The position numbers and the translations under genes are program-made. A DNA stretch of 64,000 nucleotides from positions 113,026,001 to 113,090,000 of the forward strand of contig OZ024744.1 of NCBI GenBank assembly GCA_964016885.1, given 5' to 3'. Under the pieces are notes generated by a model. It saw nothing but the letters and a program-made list of their open reading frames with translations, made no database searches and was not told the origin of the DNA. Of this stretch, positions 12,960 to 25,995 are shown piece after piece (position 1 is the first letter of the stretch; each line of letters opens with the position of its first letter). Source of the DNA: Eledone cirrhosa (taxonomy: Eukaryota).

Positions 12960-13310
12960 TATCATCATCATCATCATCATTTCATTTTACGTCCGCTTTT
13001 TCACTCCTTGCAAGGGTGGGACGGGAACTGATTCTGGCTTGATTTCTACAGCTGGATGCCCTTCCTAACACCAACCTCATTTACAGTGAGTGCTGGGTGC
13101 TTTTTTGCCGTGGCACCTCCACGACCACTTTGCAGTGGAATGATATGGACCCCAGTCCCTATCATCTCATTTCTACAGTTGAGTAAACTGGAGCAATGTG
13201 AAATAAAGTGTCTTGCTCAAGGAAACAACACATCACCCGGTCTGAGAATTGAACTCACAACCTTTCGCTTGCAAGGCCAATGCTCTAACCCACTAAGCCA
13301 TGTGCCTCCA
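12960..13310 (-). mobile_element. tRNA-derived SINE (family B)
   Basis: Near-identical to 9550-9888, with (ATG)n tail. Confidence 0.85.
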
Positions 13311-13587
13311 TGTATATATGAAAACATATTTATATGTTTATATACAATAAATAAACATATGATATCAAAGAAAAAATAGATACTACCTAGGCTGGTCATA
13401 ATTAATTGGCAGTTGCACTAAGACAGCGTTAACAAAAATATGTTTATTGTATATAAACATATATTATGTGCCTTCATATACACCCTTATTAGGCTTAAAC
13501 ACTGTCTTACTGCTACTGCTAATTAAATATAATCAGCTCTAAATTTAATTGGCTCTAGTCTATTTCCATCTCAATACCAGTTGAGTA

Positions 13588-13636
13588 AATGTCACTGATG
13601 AGAGATTAATGAATCTTGAAACAGCTGTCTGACATT
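13588..13636 (+). ncRNA. Minimal type-I hammerhead ribozyme
   Basis: aatgtca-CTGATGA-gagatt aatg aatctt-GAAAC agct GTC-tgacatt: perfect 7-bp stem I, 6-bp stem II, palindromic ACAGCTGT stem III, GUC cleavage triplet. Confidence 0.85.
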
Positions 13637-14358
13637 CTCAAAGGCTACTGATATATCTGTGATATGTTCACAGAGTAAAAGAGAGATAACACAGCTACAC
13701 ATATGTTTATTGTATATAATCATATAGTATATGCTTTCATATATACCCCTATATACATATCATCATCATTTGATGTCCATTTTTCCTACTAGCAAGGGTT
13801 GAACAGGCCTATTTACTGACCTCACAGACAGAGCAAGGAAGTCTGTATCCCGCTTATGTACAATCATATTGAATGCAGAGGAGAAGTTGTTTCTCCTTTT
13901 AACACAAACTGAAGTGTCCTACCAACCTGTTGTTTGGCAGGCTTTCTACAGCTAGATGTCCTTCCTAACACCAACCACTTTATAGCATGTACTGGCTGTG
14001 TTTATTGTGTAGATCACCAACTGCAGTAAGACATGTGCTAGCAGCCGAAGTATATGATAAAGTTATATCTGTATAACTACATTGTGTAACCATGACTGCA
14101 CCAATGTATATAAATATATACACATATCTAATATGTAGGCATGTAGACATGCCAGAAAATTTGAATTTCCCTGTAAATTGAAAAGGTGATAAACATCTTT
14201 AATCGATTTTCAGATCTTATTGGACCTTCAGTAGAAGATGTGTATATCATCCAATTAAATCAATGTTATATCGGTACTTCTTCCATTATCTAATATATAC
14301 ATAGATGTATAACTGCGAAAGTCATTGATTTTACCTGTTTTCTTCTCTAATATTTCAG

Positions 14359-14527
14359 TCAATGGATGTAAAGTATACTGATGATTCAGGAACCTTGCTT
14401 TCTACCTTAAAAGATCTTGTTGAAGAAACGGCTAAAGCTGTCAGTCACAAACTTGTCAATAGCAGTGCCTTAAAAGCTGTCATCAATGTTCAGGTAGAAA
14501 CTAAAAGACCCACCAATAAAAATTCAG
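14359..14527 (+). CDS. JAG1: Jagged/Serrate exon (membrane-proximal ectodomain)
   Basis: tttcAG...GTAATT, 169 nt, phase 0/1. ...AVSHKLVNSSALKAVINVQVETK resembles Jagged1 [21 protein letters not shown]. Confidence 0.88.
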
Positions 14528-14877
14528 GTAATTTCAAGGAATTTATTTTAGTTTTTTTTTTATTCTTTCACTGTTCTTTTATTTTTGCAACAAAGGGATG
14601 TATTTTTACTTCAAATATATATGCAATTCATTCTTAATGTCCTGTACCACATGAAACCACATTAGCAAGATATTCTTGTAAAGTACAAAACAACACTTTG
14701 ACTACATCACAATAAATATTAAAGTCTTTACTTTAATACAGTCAGTCCACCAGTAAAGATACTATAAACATTGGAATTAACCAACCACATTCTTGTAAAG
14801 TACAAAACAATACTATGGCTACATCACTATGGGTACATCAGTCTTTACTTTAATGTTACACATTTTCACAACAATCT

Positions 14878-14931
14878 GAGTTTCCGAAGATCCTGTAAAA
14901 GGGTGAAAGCAGCGATTCTTTGCTTAAACTT
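14878..14931 (+). ncRNA. Variant type-I hammerhead motif (CCGAAGA core)
   Basis: gagttt-CCGAAGA-t cct gtaaa agg gt-GAAAgcag cgattct ttgcTT-aaactt. Stems I-III pair; U4 is substituted. Confidence 0.5.
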
Positions 14932-16058
14932 TAATCTGTACTAATAATATATATATAGAGAGAGAGAAAAGGTGAAATTGGAAATAGCACGGAAAATATA
15001 TTTAAGAATCTGTTTTTCAATTTTTTCCTTTCTTTGATTCGTACACACTCACACTCTCTAAAACCATATTCCAAAAATAGAATTTCATTTACAACCCTAC
15101 TTTTGCCAATCCCATTTACCTCCCTCCCCCATAGAATTTGTCTCTAGCTTACATTTCCCCTCTTCTCCACCCCCATCTGAACTGTTGACCAGTCTATTAA
15201 CACAATTGAGATACACACATATATTTACTGAAATCTCCCTCTCCCAAAAAATAATTTTGTTCTGTGTGAAAAGAAAAAACACAACTACCACCACTGCTGC
15301 TGCTACTACCATGACTACACCTCTCTCTATATACACAAAAGTTCATTCTCCAGTCTCCTTCTCAACAAGGAAGATGAAAAAAACTTGCCTCAACACTTGA
15401 TTTTAAATCTTTAATTTTTAATTTTTAATTCTTATTAATTCTTTTTTAATTGTAATACTCAACATTTGATGGGATGAATTTTACTAATACATCGAAACCG
15501 GTTATACTTTATATACTTAATATACATTATAAAACTCTTTTTTAAAAGAATTGTCCCTCTTATTTTTGCAATTATGTCACTTTGACGAATGAAAGAAAGG
15601 AAAAAGAAAAACAGACCCTTAAATATATTTTCCGTGTTATTTCCAATTTCACCTTTTCTCTATAACCACTCTTTTGTATAGAACCTTACTTCCCTTTTCA
15701 AATATATATATCATCGTCATCATCGTCATCATCGTTTAACGTCCATCTTCCACGCTAGCATGGGTTAGATGGTTTTGTTTCATTTTATGCGGGATTGGTC
15801 GGGAGACCGTATCTCACTCGTACAGAAGTGTCTCTGGCTGGTTTTCTATGGTTGGATGCCCTTCCTAACGCCAAGCACTTTTACAGTGTAGACTGGGAGC
15901 CTTTTTATCGTGTCTCCTACACGACCACTTTGCAGTGTGGACTGGGTGCTTTTTGTTGTGTCACCGACACAGTGGACGGAAAGGGGGGGGGGGGGATGGG
16001 GTAGGGTGTATATAGATATGTATATGTATGTATATATTATTTTACTTATATTTTCCAG

Positions 16059-16516
16059 GTAACAAGTATATGCCAGTGATTCCTATTCTTTGTACAATTG
16101 TCAGTCTTTTGGGCGTGGTCAGTATTATACTTGTAATATTTTGGTACCGCCGACGTCGCAGCAGCAAAAGAGCAAGGAGAATGGAACGTGCGATTCACCA
16201 GAAAACCAACAATGAAAATGAAGAAGCCTTAACCCAGTTCCGCAGGAAATCTTTGTTTGACATGGATAAAGGAGGAGGAGGAGGAGGTGGTGGCGGCAGA
16301 GGAACAACAAATTTCCTAACAACAGAGTTTAATGAGATAGGAATCGAAAAATACGAGAAAGTGTCAGCTCCTAAAAGACTTTTACCTACAAGAGCAGACT
16401 CTTATGAAAAGCTGAAACAGAAAACACCGTTGAGAAAAATGAAGAAGAAAGATGTTAATATTGAAATATCTCGGACATTAGCAGCAGCAGCAGCCGAAAG
16501 GGAGATAATTATGTAA
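16059..16516 (+). CDS. JAG1: Jagged/Serrate terminal coding exon (TM helix and intracellular domain)
   Basis: ttttccAG acceptor in phase 1. Hydrophobic TM (VIPILCTIVSLLGVVSIILVIFWY), RRRR stop-transfer, KTNNENEEAL motif, C-terminal EIIM* resembling the Jagged1 PDZ ligand EYIV. Confidence 0.92.
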
Positions 16517-16573
16517 AAATACAAACATATATATAATGATTAACAAAAAAGAAAAAGAAAAACAGTATGCTTC

Positions 16574-16619
<46 letters not shown>

Positions 16620-16949
16620 CAATATGAAGGAATATTGAAAAGTTTTAAAATATTTGTGTTTATATAATCAAAGAATGTTCCTAAAATATATTATTTCCAC
16701 CTCTTCTACTTACCATAAACATACATGCATATCTACTCTGAACTGTACACCAAATATATGTATATAGAAGCAGCTGCGTATACACACACAAACACACACA
16801 TATGCGGAACATAAACACACACACACATATAGTATTTCTCTAATTAGATAAATATTTATGTAAAGACACATATAGACCCATTTTAAACACACATATTTTA
16901 ACAATTCCCTTTATTAATTTCACTATCTGCATATAAAACAAAAAAGTAG

Positions 16950-16989
<40 letters not shown>

Positions 16990-17248
16990 CACACACTCAC
17001 ACACATACATACATACATACATACATACATGTGTGTGTGTGTATGTAGTAAAAAATTGGTGGATAGGAAAAAGGAAAACAGCGCGTTTTATCCTATGTAT
17101 GAATATAAAATAAATAATATAATATATGTGTGTGTATATATATGTATATATTATATGTATGTATATATATATATATATATATATACATACATATAATATA
17201 TATGGAGAAAGTTATAGTTCACTTGAAGCATTGTGTAATGAGGTATAA

Positions 17249-17557
17249 ACGTTTGAATTTGTAAAGCCAAAACAATGCAGGTATGGACATAGAATAAAAA
17301 TGTAAAAGATATTGTTGACAATTAGTCTTTTACTTTAGATTAACCAGTGTTCTAAATACCTTGCCAAGTCATTGACTTGGCAAGGTATTTAGAACACTGG
17401 TTTAACCGCTTTACTTCCCTCCGAAGAAGAGAAAAATATCTCGAAAATTAAGGACATTTAAATAAATCTAAAGTAAAAGACTAATTGACAACAATATCTT
17501 TTGCATTTTTATTCTATGTCCATACCTGCATTGTTTTGGCTTTACAAATTCAAACGT
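17249..17557. repeat. Nested fold-back element (about 93-bp outer arms, 30-bp inner hairpin)
   Basis: 17249-17341 is the reverse complement of 17464-17557; 17342-17402 is a near-perfect palindrome. Confidence 0.9.
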
Positions 17558-17861
17558 ATATATATATATATATATATATATAAAACTAACAACTAGTTAT
17601 CACCCTACATGGCTGAATACAATAAATGTAATCTGAGTTTTTCGAATATTAATAATAACATTCGAACTGCAGTTCTGTTTACATGCCAAGGCATGAGCAA
17701 GAATGAGGGGTTCGTTCTACTGACATGGCTTATAAAAGGGGCTGGTTGTACAGTTGCAAACGAATCGAATATTATTATTAATATTCAAAAAACACAGATT
17801 ACATTTATATATATATATATATACACGCATACATATATACATATATATGCAACACACATAT

Positions 17862-17897
<36 letters not shown>

Positions 17898-18054
17898 CCG
17901 TTGGTCAATCAATGATAAACTTTGATTGCCAGATAAATTAACTATGGAGATATAAAAGATACAGGAGCGAAAAACCAATCCAAACCACACAGTGATTGTG
18001 TTCTGTTATTATTTCTGGCAATATTATTACAACAATATGACCCTCCCCTAGTAT

Positions 18055-18097
<43 letters not shown>

Positions 18098-18160
18098 TAA
18101 GGTAATGAATTCTTTTACAATGGAATTAGCTCGAAGGAGGAAAATACCCACTGAGCCGTG

Positions 18161-18294
18161 TATAAACTAATATGTATGTGATGAAACACAGATACCAACA
18201 CATCTGTATATATATTGGAAAAGAAAATTTTCTTTTGCAATATATATACAGATGTGTTGGTATCTGTGTTTCATCACATACATATTAGTTTATA
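18161..18294. repeat. About 134-bp near-perfect palindrome
   Basis: TATAAACTAATATGTATGTGATGAAACACAG ... CTGTGTTTCATCACATACATATTAGTTTATA. Confidence 0.9.
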
Positions 18295-18784
18295 TATATA
18301 TATATATACACACACACATACAACATACATATAATAAACATGCAACACACATATCATATAACATATAACACACTCATATCACATGTACCACACATATAAC
18401 ACACATATCACACACATACACATAACCTGTATTTAAAAACTTGATAAAGTTTGCCACCAAAAGTTGGTGCCGCTTGGCTGCAAACATTTTGTTATTGTTG
18501 AAAATAAAAGTTTCTTTTCTTGGTTTAGAGGAGATTGAAAAGAAGGAAAGAAAGTGCATGGCATGAAGGAGTTTTGAAGGAGTTGAGTAAGGACAACGAA
18601 GAAAGAAAGGATCACTTGTAATGTTTTTGTTTTTGCTTGTTTGTGTGTTTTTTGTTTGTCTCTATAATATCAGATGCTGCTTCCTCAAAGACAGGAGATT
18701 AATAGCAGCCTGTGTAATACACTCTCCCGACAGTTTGCATTTTTTTTAAATTTTGGTTTTGTTTTTGTTTTTTAATTATCCATT

Positions 18785-19314
18785 GCTGTTTCTGGTCTGT
18801 CTATAGGGACCAGGCAGATCTGGAGGTGGCTGTTTCTGGTCTGTCTATAGGGACCAGGCAGATCTGGAGGTGGCTGTTTCTGGTCTGTCTATAGGGACCA
18901 GACAGATCTGGAGGTAGCTGTTTCTGGTCTGTCTATAGGGACCAGGCAGATCTGGAGGTAGCTGTTTCTGGTCTGTCTATAGGGGCCAGACAGATCTGGA
19001 GGTAGCTGTTTCTGGTCTGTCTATAGGGGCCAGGCAGATCTGGAGGTAGCTGTTTCTGGTCTGTCTATAGGGGCCAGACAGATCTGTAGGTAGCTGTTTC
19101 TGGTCTGTCTATAGGGGCCAGACAGATCTGGAGGTAGCTGTTTCTGGTCTGTCTATAGGGGCCAGGCAGATCTGGAGGTAGCTGTTTCTGGTCTGTCTAT
19201 AGGGGCCAGGCAGATCTGGAGGTAGCTGTTTCTGGTCTGTCTATAGGGGCCAGGCAGATCTGGAGGTAGCTGTTTCTGGTCTGTCTATAGGGGCCAGACA
19301 GATCTGTAGGTAGC
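18785..19314. repeat. 44-bp minisatellite, about 12 copies
   Basis: Unit GCTGTTTCTGGTCTGTCTATAGGGGCCAGGCAGATCTGGAGGTA. Confidence 0.95.
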
Positions 19315-19524
19315 AATGTTTAAAAAAAAAAAATTTCTTTTCATTTTTCATGTCTAATTTTTTTTTTTTTTTGAAGAAGGAAAAACAAAAACAAAAAGAT
19401 AGAAGTATATAAACAACAAACAAATAATAAAATATAAAAATTGTCTACATCATCATCGTCATTGTCATCACCATCATCGCTTTCTTTATTGTTGTTTGTC
19501 ATCACCAGGAGATTCATTAAACAC

Positions 19525-20165
19525 TATCATCATCATGGTCATCACCACCATCACCACTACCACCATCACCACAACCACTACCACCACCACCACCCAACAC
19601 CACTACCACCATCACCGCCATCACCACTGCTACCACCACCACCAACACCACCACCACCATCACTCCAACCAACCACCACCACCACAACCACCACCACCAC
19701 CACCACCACCACCACCACCACAACCAACACCATCACCATCACCACTACCACCATCACCGCCATCACCACTGCTACCACCACCACCAACACCACCACCACC
19801 ATCACTCCAACCAACCACCACCACCACCACAACCACCACCACCACCACCACCACCACCACCACCACAACCAACACCATCACCATCACCACTACCACCATC
19901 ACCGCCATCACCACTGCTACCACCACCAACACCATCACTCCAACCATCACCACCACCACAACCACCACAACCACCACCATCACCATCACCACCATCACTA
20001 CAATCCTCCTCACTACCACTAATACCACCACCACCACTCCAACCACCACCGCTGCCACCACTCCAGCCTCCGCCACCACCACCACCACCACCACTATTCC
20101 AACCACCACCACCACCACCACTATTCCAACCTCCACCACTACCACCACCACCACCACCACCATCA
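19525..20165. repeat. Compound (CAC/CAT/CAA)n trinucleotide tract with higher-order duplication
   Basis: The block CCATCACCGCCATCACCACTGCTACCACC recurs three times. Confidence 0.9.
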
Positions 20166-20262
20166 ATGGCCTGCAGTAGCATCATTGGTATATTATCATC
20201 AACAGCAGCAACAGAGCTGTTATCATCAAAATCAAAGAAATTATTATTATTATTATTATATA

Positions 20263-20485
20263 GGGTGGTGGATTGGCAGTAATTGGTAGAGCGTCGGGCA
20301 ACGTGCTTTGCGGCATAGAGTTACGTCCCTTTGCATTCTGAGTTCAAATCCCGCCGAGGTTAACTTTGCCTTTCATCGTTACGGGATTAATAAAATAAAG
20401 CACCAGTCACATATTGGGGTCGATTTAATTGACTTCCGCTTCCCCTAAAATTGTTGGTTCTTGTCCCTAAACCAGAAACGATTGT
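20263..20485 (+). mobile_element. tRNA-derived SINE (family A, Meta-domain-like)
   Basis: GGTGGATTGGCAG...CTGAGTTCAAATCCCGCCGAGGTTAACTTTGCCTTTCATC...AAAATAAAG.ACCAGT. Confidence 0.8.
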
Positions 20486-21176
20486 TATTACTGTATGTTG
20501 TCACTGCATTACCGAGCACAGTTCTGTGTCCCTGGGGTATATGCTGTGTTATGTTTTTGGTGTTGATGATTCTTAGGATAACAAATATTTATTTCTATAA
20601 TACACATACACACATACATACATACTTGTATCATCATCATTTAATGTCTGGTTTCCCTGTTATTTATATTATGTAGATACATATACATTACAAATATATA
20701 CATACAGTAGTGTTTAACCCTTTATTATTTACATTACTCTATATTTACTATTCTATTTTCACAGTAAAGGCTTTATCTTACATAATTATCTCACATAATA
20801 TCGAAGCTATGAGATTTTGATGTTATTTATTTTGAGAACAACACCTTAACATCAGTATGAGTGGCCAGTTACAGCCAGTTTGAACAAAAAGAGGTGAGAG
20901 AATTCTGGCTGGATACGGCCAGTTTAAATGCTAAAGGTTTGAAAAACAAACACACACATAGCAAGGGTACATATGTACAGTTATATACAAAAACCAGTAA
21001 TTTGGCAACATCACTACTCCAATGATAGAAGCCTGGATGGTGTGAAGGAGTGTTCTCTGGTGTGTGGGAGAGCAGGTGCTGGCAGTCTGCCTCGTAGTCC
21101 CGGCAAAGGTCAAAATGGAGAAAGCATTAACCCTGAAGCTGGCAGGGAGATGTATTTGAATAGCCATGCAGACATT

Positions 21177-23450
21177 ACTCCTGTAGGTAGCCAACACCAC
21201 CCCAGTAGCAGTGAGTAGGGAGGTGGTCTGGAGACCAAGAACACCAGAAGTCTCTACTGTTATAGGTTTAACAAGACAGTCCACTTCATGTGGCTCACTC
21301 CTGTAGGTAGCCAACACCACCCCAGTAGCAGTGAGTAGGGAGGTGGTCTGGAGACCAAGAACACCAGAAGTCTCTACTGTTACAGGTTTAATAAGACAGT
21401 CCACTTCATGTGGCTCACTCCTGTAGGTAGCCAACACCACCCCAGTAGCAGTGAGTAGGGAGGTGGTCTGGAGACCAAGAACACCAGAAGTCTCCACTGT
21501 TACAGGTTTAACAAGACAGTCCACTTCATGTGACTTACTCCTGTAGGTAGCCAACACCACCCCAGTAGCAGTGAGTAGGGAGGTGGTCTGGAGACCAAGA
21601 ACACCAGAAGTCTCCACTGTTACAGGTTTAACAAGACAGTCCACTTCATGTGGCTCACTCCTGTAGGTAGCCAACACCACCCCAGTAACAGTGAGTAGGG
21701 AGGTGGTCTGGAGACCAAGAACACCAGAAGTCTCCACTGTTACAGGTTTAACAAGACAGTCCACTTCATGTGACTCACTCCTGTAGGTAGCCAACACCAC
21801 CCCAGTAGCAGTGAGTAGGGAGGTGGTCTGGAGACCAAGAACACCAGAAGTCTCCACTGTTACAGGTTTAACAAGACAGTCCACTTCATGTGACTCACTC
21901 CTGTAGGTAGCCAACACCACCCCAGTAGCAGTGAGTAGGGAGGTGGTCTGGAGACCAAGAACACCAGAAGTCTCTACTGTTACAGGTTTAACAAGACAGT
22001 CCACTTCATGTGGCTCACTCCTGTAGGTAGCCAACACCACCCCAGTAACAGTGAGTAGGGAGGTGGTCTGGAGACCAAGAACACCAGAAGTCTCCACTGT
22101 TACAGGTTTAACAAGACAGTCCACTTCATGTGACTCACTCCTGTAGGTAGCCAACACCACCCCAGTAGCAGTGAGTGGGGAGGTGGTCTGGAGAACAAGA
22201 ACACCAGAAGTCTCTACTGTTACAGGTTTAACAAGACAGTCCACTTCATGTGGCTCACTCCTGTAGGTAGCCAACACCACCCCAGTAGCAGTGAGTAGGG
22301 AGGTGGTCTGGAGACCAAGAACACCAGAAGTCTCCACTGTTACAGGTTTAACAAGACAGTCCACTTCATGTGACTCACTCCTGTAGGTAGCCAACACCAC
22401 CCCAGTAGCAGTGAGTAGGGAGGTGGTCTGGAGACCAAGAACACCAGAAGTCTCCACTGTTACAGGTTTAACAAGACAGTCCACTTCATGTGACTCACTC
22501 CTGTAGGTAGCCAACACCACCCCAGTAGCAGTGAGTAGGGAGGTGGTCTGGAGACCAAGAACACCAGAAGTCTCCACTGTTAGAGGTTTAACAAGACAGT
22601 CCACTTCATGTGGCTCACTCCTGTAGGTAGCCAACACCACCCCAGTAACAGTGAGTAGGGAGGTGGTCTGGAGACCAAGAACACCAGAAGTCTCCACTGT
22701 TACAGGTTTAACAAGACAGTCCACTTCATGTGACTCACTCCTGTAGGTAGCCAACACCACCCCAGTAGCAGTGAGTGGGGAGGTGGTCTGGAGAACAAGA
22801 ACACCAGAAGTCTCTACTGTTACAGGTTTAACAAGACAGTCCACTTCATGTGACTCACTCCTGTAGGTAGCCAACACCACCCCAGTAGCAGTGAGTAGGG
22901 AGGTGGTCTGGAGACCAAGAACACCAGAAGTCTCCACTGTTACAGGTTTAACAAGACAGTCCACTTCATGTGACTCACTCCTGTAGGTAGCCAACACCAC
23001 CCCAGTAGCAGTGAGTAGGGAGGTGGTCTGGAGACCAAGAACACCAGAAGTCTCTACTGTTACAGGTTTAACAAGACAGTCCACTTCATGTGGCTCACTC
23101 CTGTAGGTAGCCAACACCACCCCAGTAGCAGTGAGTAGGGAGGTGGTCTGGAGACCAAGAACACCAGAAGTCTCCACTGTTACAGGTTTAACAAGACAGT
23201 CCACTTCATGTGGCTCACTCCTGTAGGTAGCCAACACCACCCCAGTAGCAGTGAGTAGGGAGGTGGTCTGGAGACCAAGAACACCAGAAGTCTCCACTGT
23301 TACAGGTTTAACAAGACAGTCCACTTCATGTGGCTCACTCCTGTAGGTAGCCAACACCACCCCAGTAACAGTGAGTAGGGAGGTGGTCTAGAGACCAAGA
23401 ACACTAGAAGTCTCTACTGTTACAGGTTTAACAAGACAGTACACTTCATG
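21177..23450. repeat. 120-bp tandem repeat, about 19 near-identical copies
   Basis: CTGTAGGTAGCCAACACCAC recurs every 120 nt from 21181 to 23341. Confidence 0.97.
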
Positions 23451-23924
23451 TGGACTGTCTTGTTAAACCTGTAACAGTAGAGATTTCTGTAGGTAGCCAA
23501 CACCACCCTAATAGCAGTGAGTAGGGAGATGGTCTGGAGACCAAGAACTTCAGAAGTCTCCACTGTTACAGGTTTGATCACAAACCTACCAGCAAGAACC
23601 ACAAATAATTTGTTATTTTAACGTTGGCACAAAACACAGTGAATTAAAGCCACTAGAGACCTAAATTAGTCCCTATTTTATCCTCAATGTATTAGAGACC
23701 AATATTAAGTGCAATGGGATTTGAAGATGTGAAAGTAATATAACCCAAAAGTAATTTTTGTTCGATGCTCTACTGATTTTATTTTAGCCGTTTCATTCCT
23801 TTTATTGATGATGATAATAATAATAATAATAATTTTTTATTAGCAACAAGGGTCCATGAATTCAGGGAGATTACAAAAATAAAGTACATAGGAAATCAAT
23901 GAAATAGACAGATAATAATAATTG

Positions 23925-25920
23925 TTTCTAGATACCCAGCTCTAGCTAAAAAGGAATATATCAACAGGCATGATATAGTTGGGACCTTCATACACTGGAA
24001 GTTATGCCAGCATTATGAAATACCAACAGATAAAAGATGGTACACACACCAGAAAAAGTGTCAGAGCAACCATTCTCTGGGATATGTCAATATACACAGA
24101 CAGCGAGATCAAGGCCAACTGACCAGATATAGTCAAAGACCACAAAGGAAAAAATGCCTTCTAATAGATGTATCTATTCTCACAGACGACAATATATCTT
24201 CCAAGGAAATAGAGGAACTCTCCAAATATAAAGATCTAGAGGTAGAAATAACTTGAATGTGGAAAATGAAAACAAACAATACCTATAATAATAGGTGCTC
24301 TAGGAATGATAAAACACAGACAAATAAATAGCCAAACCCCAGGACTTACAAATATATACAGCATACAAAATATAGCACTACTAGGTACTGTATATATATT
24401 ATATAGAGTACTACAGGACTTACAAATATATACAACATACAAAAGATAGCACTACTAGGTACTGTGTATATATTATATAGAGTACCACAGGACTTACAAA
24501 TATATACAACATACAAAAGATAGCACTACTAGGCACTGTGTATATATTATATAGCGTACCACCGGACTTACAAATATATACAATATACAAAAGATAGCAC
24601 TACTAGGTACTGTATATATATTATATAGAGTACCACAGGACTTACAAATATATACAGCATACAAAAGATAGCACTGCTAGGTACTGTATATATATTATAT
24701 AGAGTACCACAGGACTTACAAATATATACAGCATACAAAAGATAGCACTACTAGGTACTGTATATATATTATATAGAGTACCACAGGACTTACAAATATA
24801 TACAGCATACAAAAGATAGCACTACTAGGCACTGTATATATTATATAGAGTACCACAGGACTTACAAATATATACAGCATACAAAAGATAGTACTACTAG
24901 GTACTGTATATATATTATATAGAGTACCACAGTACTTACAAATATATACAACATACAAAAGATAGCACTACTAGGCACTGTATATATATTATATAGAGTA
25001 CCACAGTACTTACAAATATATACAATATACAAAAGATAGCACTACTAGGCACTGTATATATATTATATAGAGTACCACAGGACTTACAAATATATACAAC
25101 ATACAAAAGATAACACTACTAGGTACTGTATATATATTATATAGAGTACCACAGGACTTACAAATATATACAGCATACAAAAGATAGCACTGCTAGGCAC
25201 TGTATATATATTATATAGAGTACCACAGTACTTACAAATATATACAACATACAAAAGATAGCACTACTAGTTACTGTATATATATTATATAGGGTACCAC
25301 AGGACTTACAAATATATACAACATACAAAAGATAGCACTACTAGGTACTGAATATATATTATATAGAGCACCACAGGACTTACAGCATACAGAAGATAGC
25401 ACTACTAGGTACTGTATATATATATATAGAGTACCACAGGACTTACAAATATATACAGCATACAAAAGATAGCACTACTAGGTACTGTATATATATTATA
25501 TAGAGCACCACAGGACTTACAGCATACAGAAGATAGCACTACTAGGTACTGTATATATATATATATAGAGTACCACAGGACTTACAAATATATACAACAT
25601 ACAAAAGATAGCACTACTAGGTACTGTATATATATATTATATAGAGTACCACAGGACTTGCAAATATATACAACATACAAAAGATAGCACTACTAGGCAC
25701 TGTATATATATTATATAGAGTACCACAGTACTTACAAATATATACAACATACAAAAGATAGCACTGTACACATATTACAAAAAGTATTATCAATACAATA
25801 GAAACAATATCAGAAAAAACTACACTGCACATACCCAAGGTACACAGAGCTGTGCTCAGTGAAGCAGTAATGACGTGCAACAAAAATAACGGTAATAATA
25901 ATAATAATAACAGTAATAAT
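23925..25920 (+). mobile_element. R4/Dong-like non-LTR retrotransposon 3' end (restriction-like endonuclease), degraded
   Basis: PALAKKEYINRHDIVGTFIHWKLC...ILWD..IYTD..IKAN.PDIV...CLLIDVS...SKYKDL..EI..MW...PIIIGALG...IQKIALLGT; (TAA)n tail near 25895. Confidence 0.85.
24340..25765. repeat. About 70-72-bp minisatellite, about 20 copies, inside the R4-like element
   Basis: Unit CAGGACTTACAAATATATACAGCATACAAAAGATAGCACTACTAGGTACTG(TA)nTTATATAGAGTACCA. Confidence 0.93.
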
Positions 25921-25995
25921 TTCTTATTTGCATTGAATTTTTAGATTTTTCATAAATGAACTGATGGGATGCTGTTGAGTACATTCTCAATAACG

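Noticed and set aside
14494-14499. Alternative donor GTAGAA in the Jagged exon
   Set aside because: It would be phase 0 and put the terminal TM exon out of frame.
15461-15510. Hammerhead-like TTGATGG-gatg...catc-GAAACCGGTT
   Set aside because: Core has two substitutions and stem I does not pair; at most a dead relic.
19441-20185. His/Thr/Pro-rich ORFs
   Set aside because: Open in nearly all frames because of (CAC)n; no splice or domain support.
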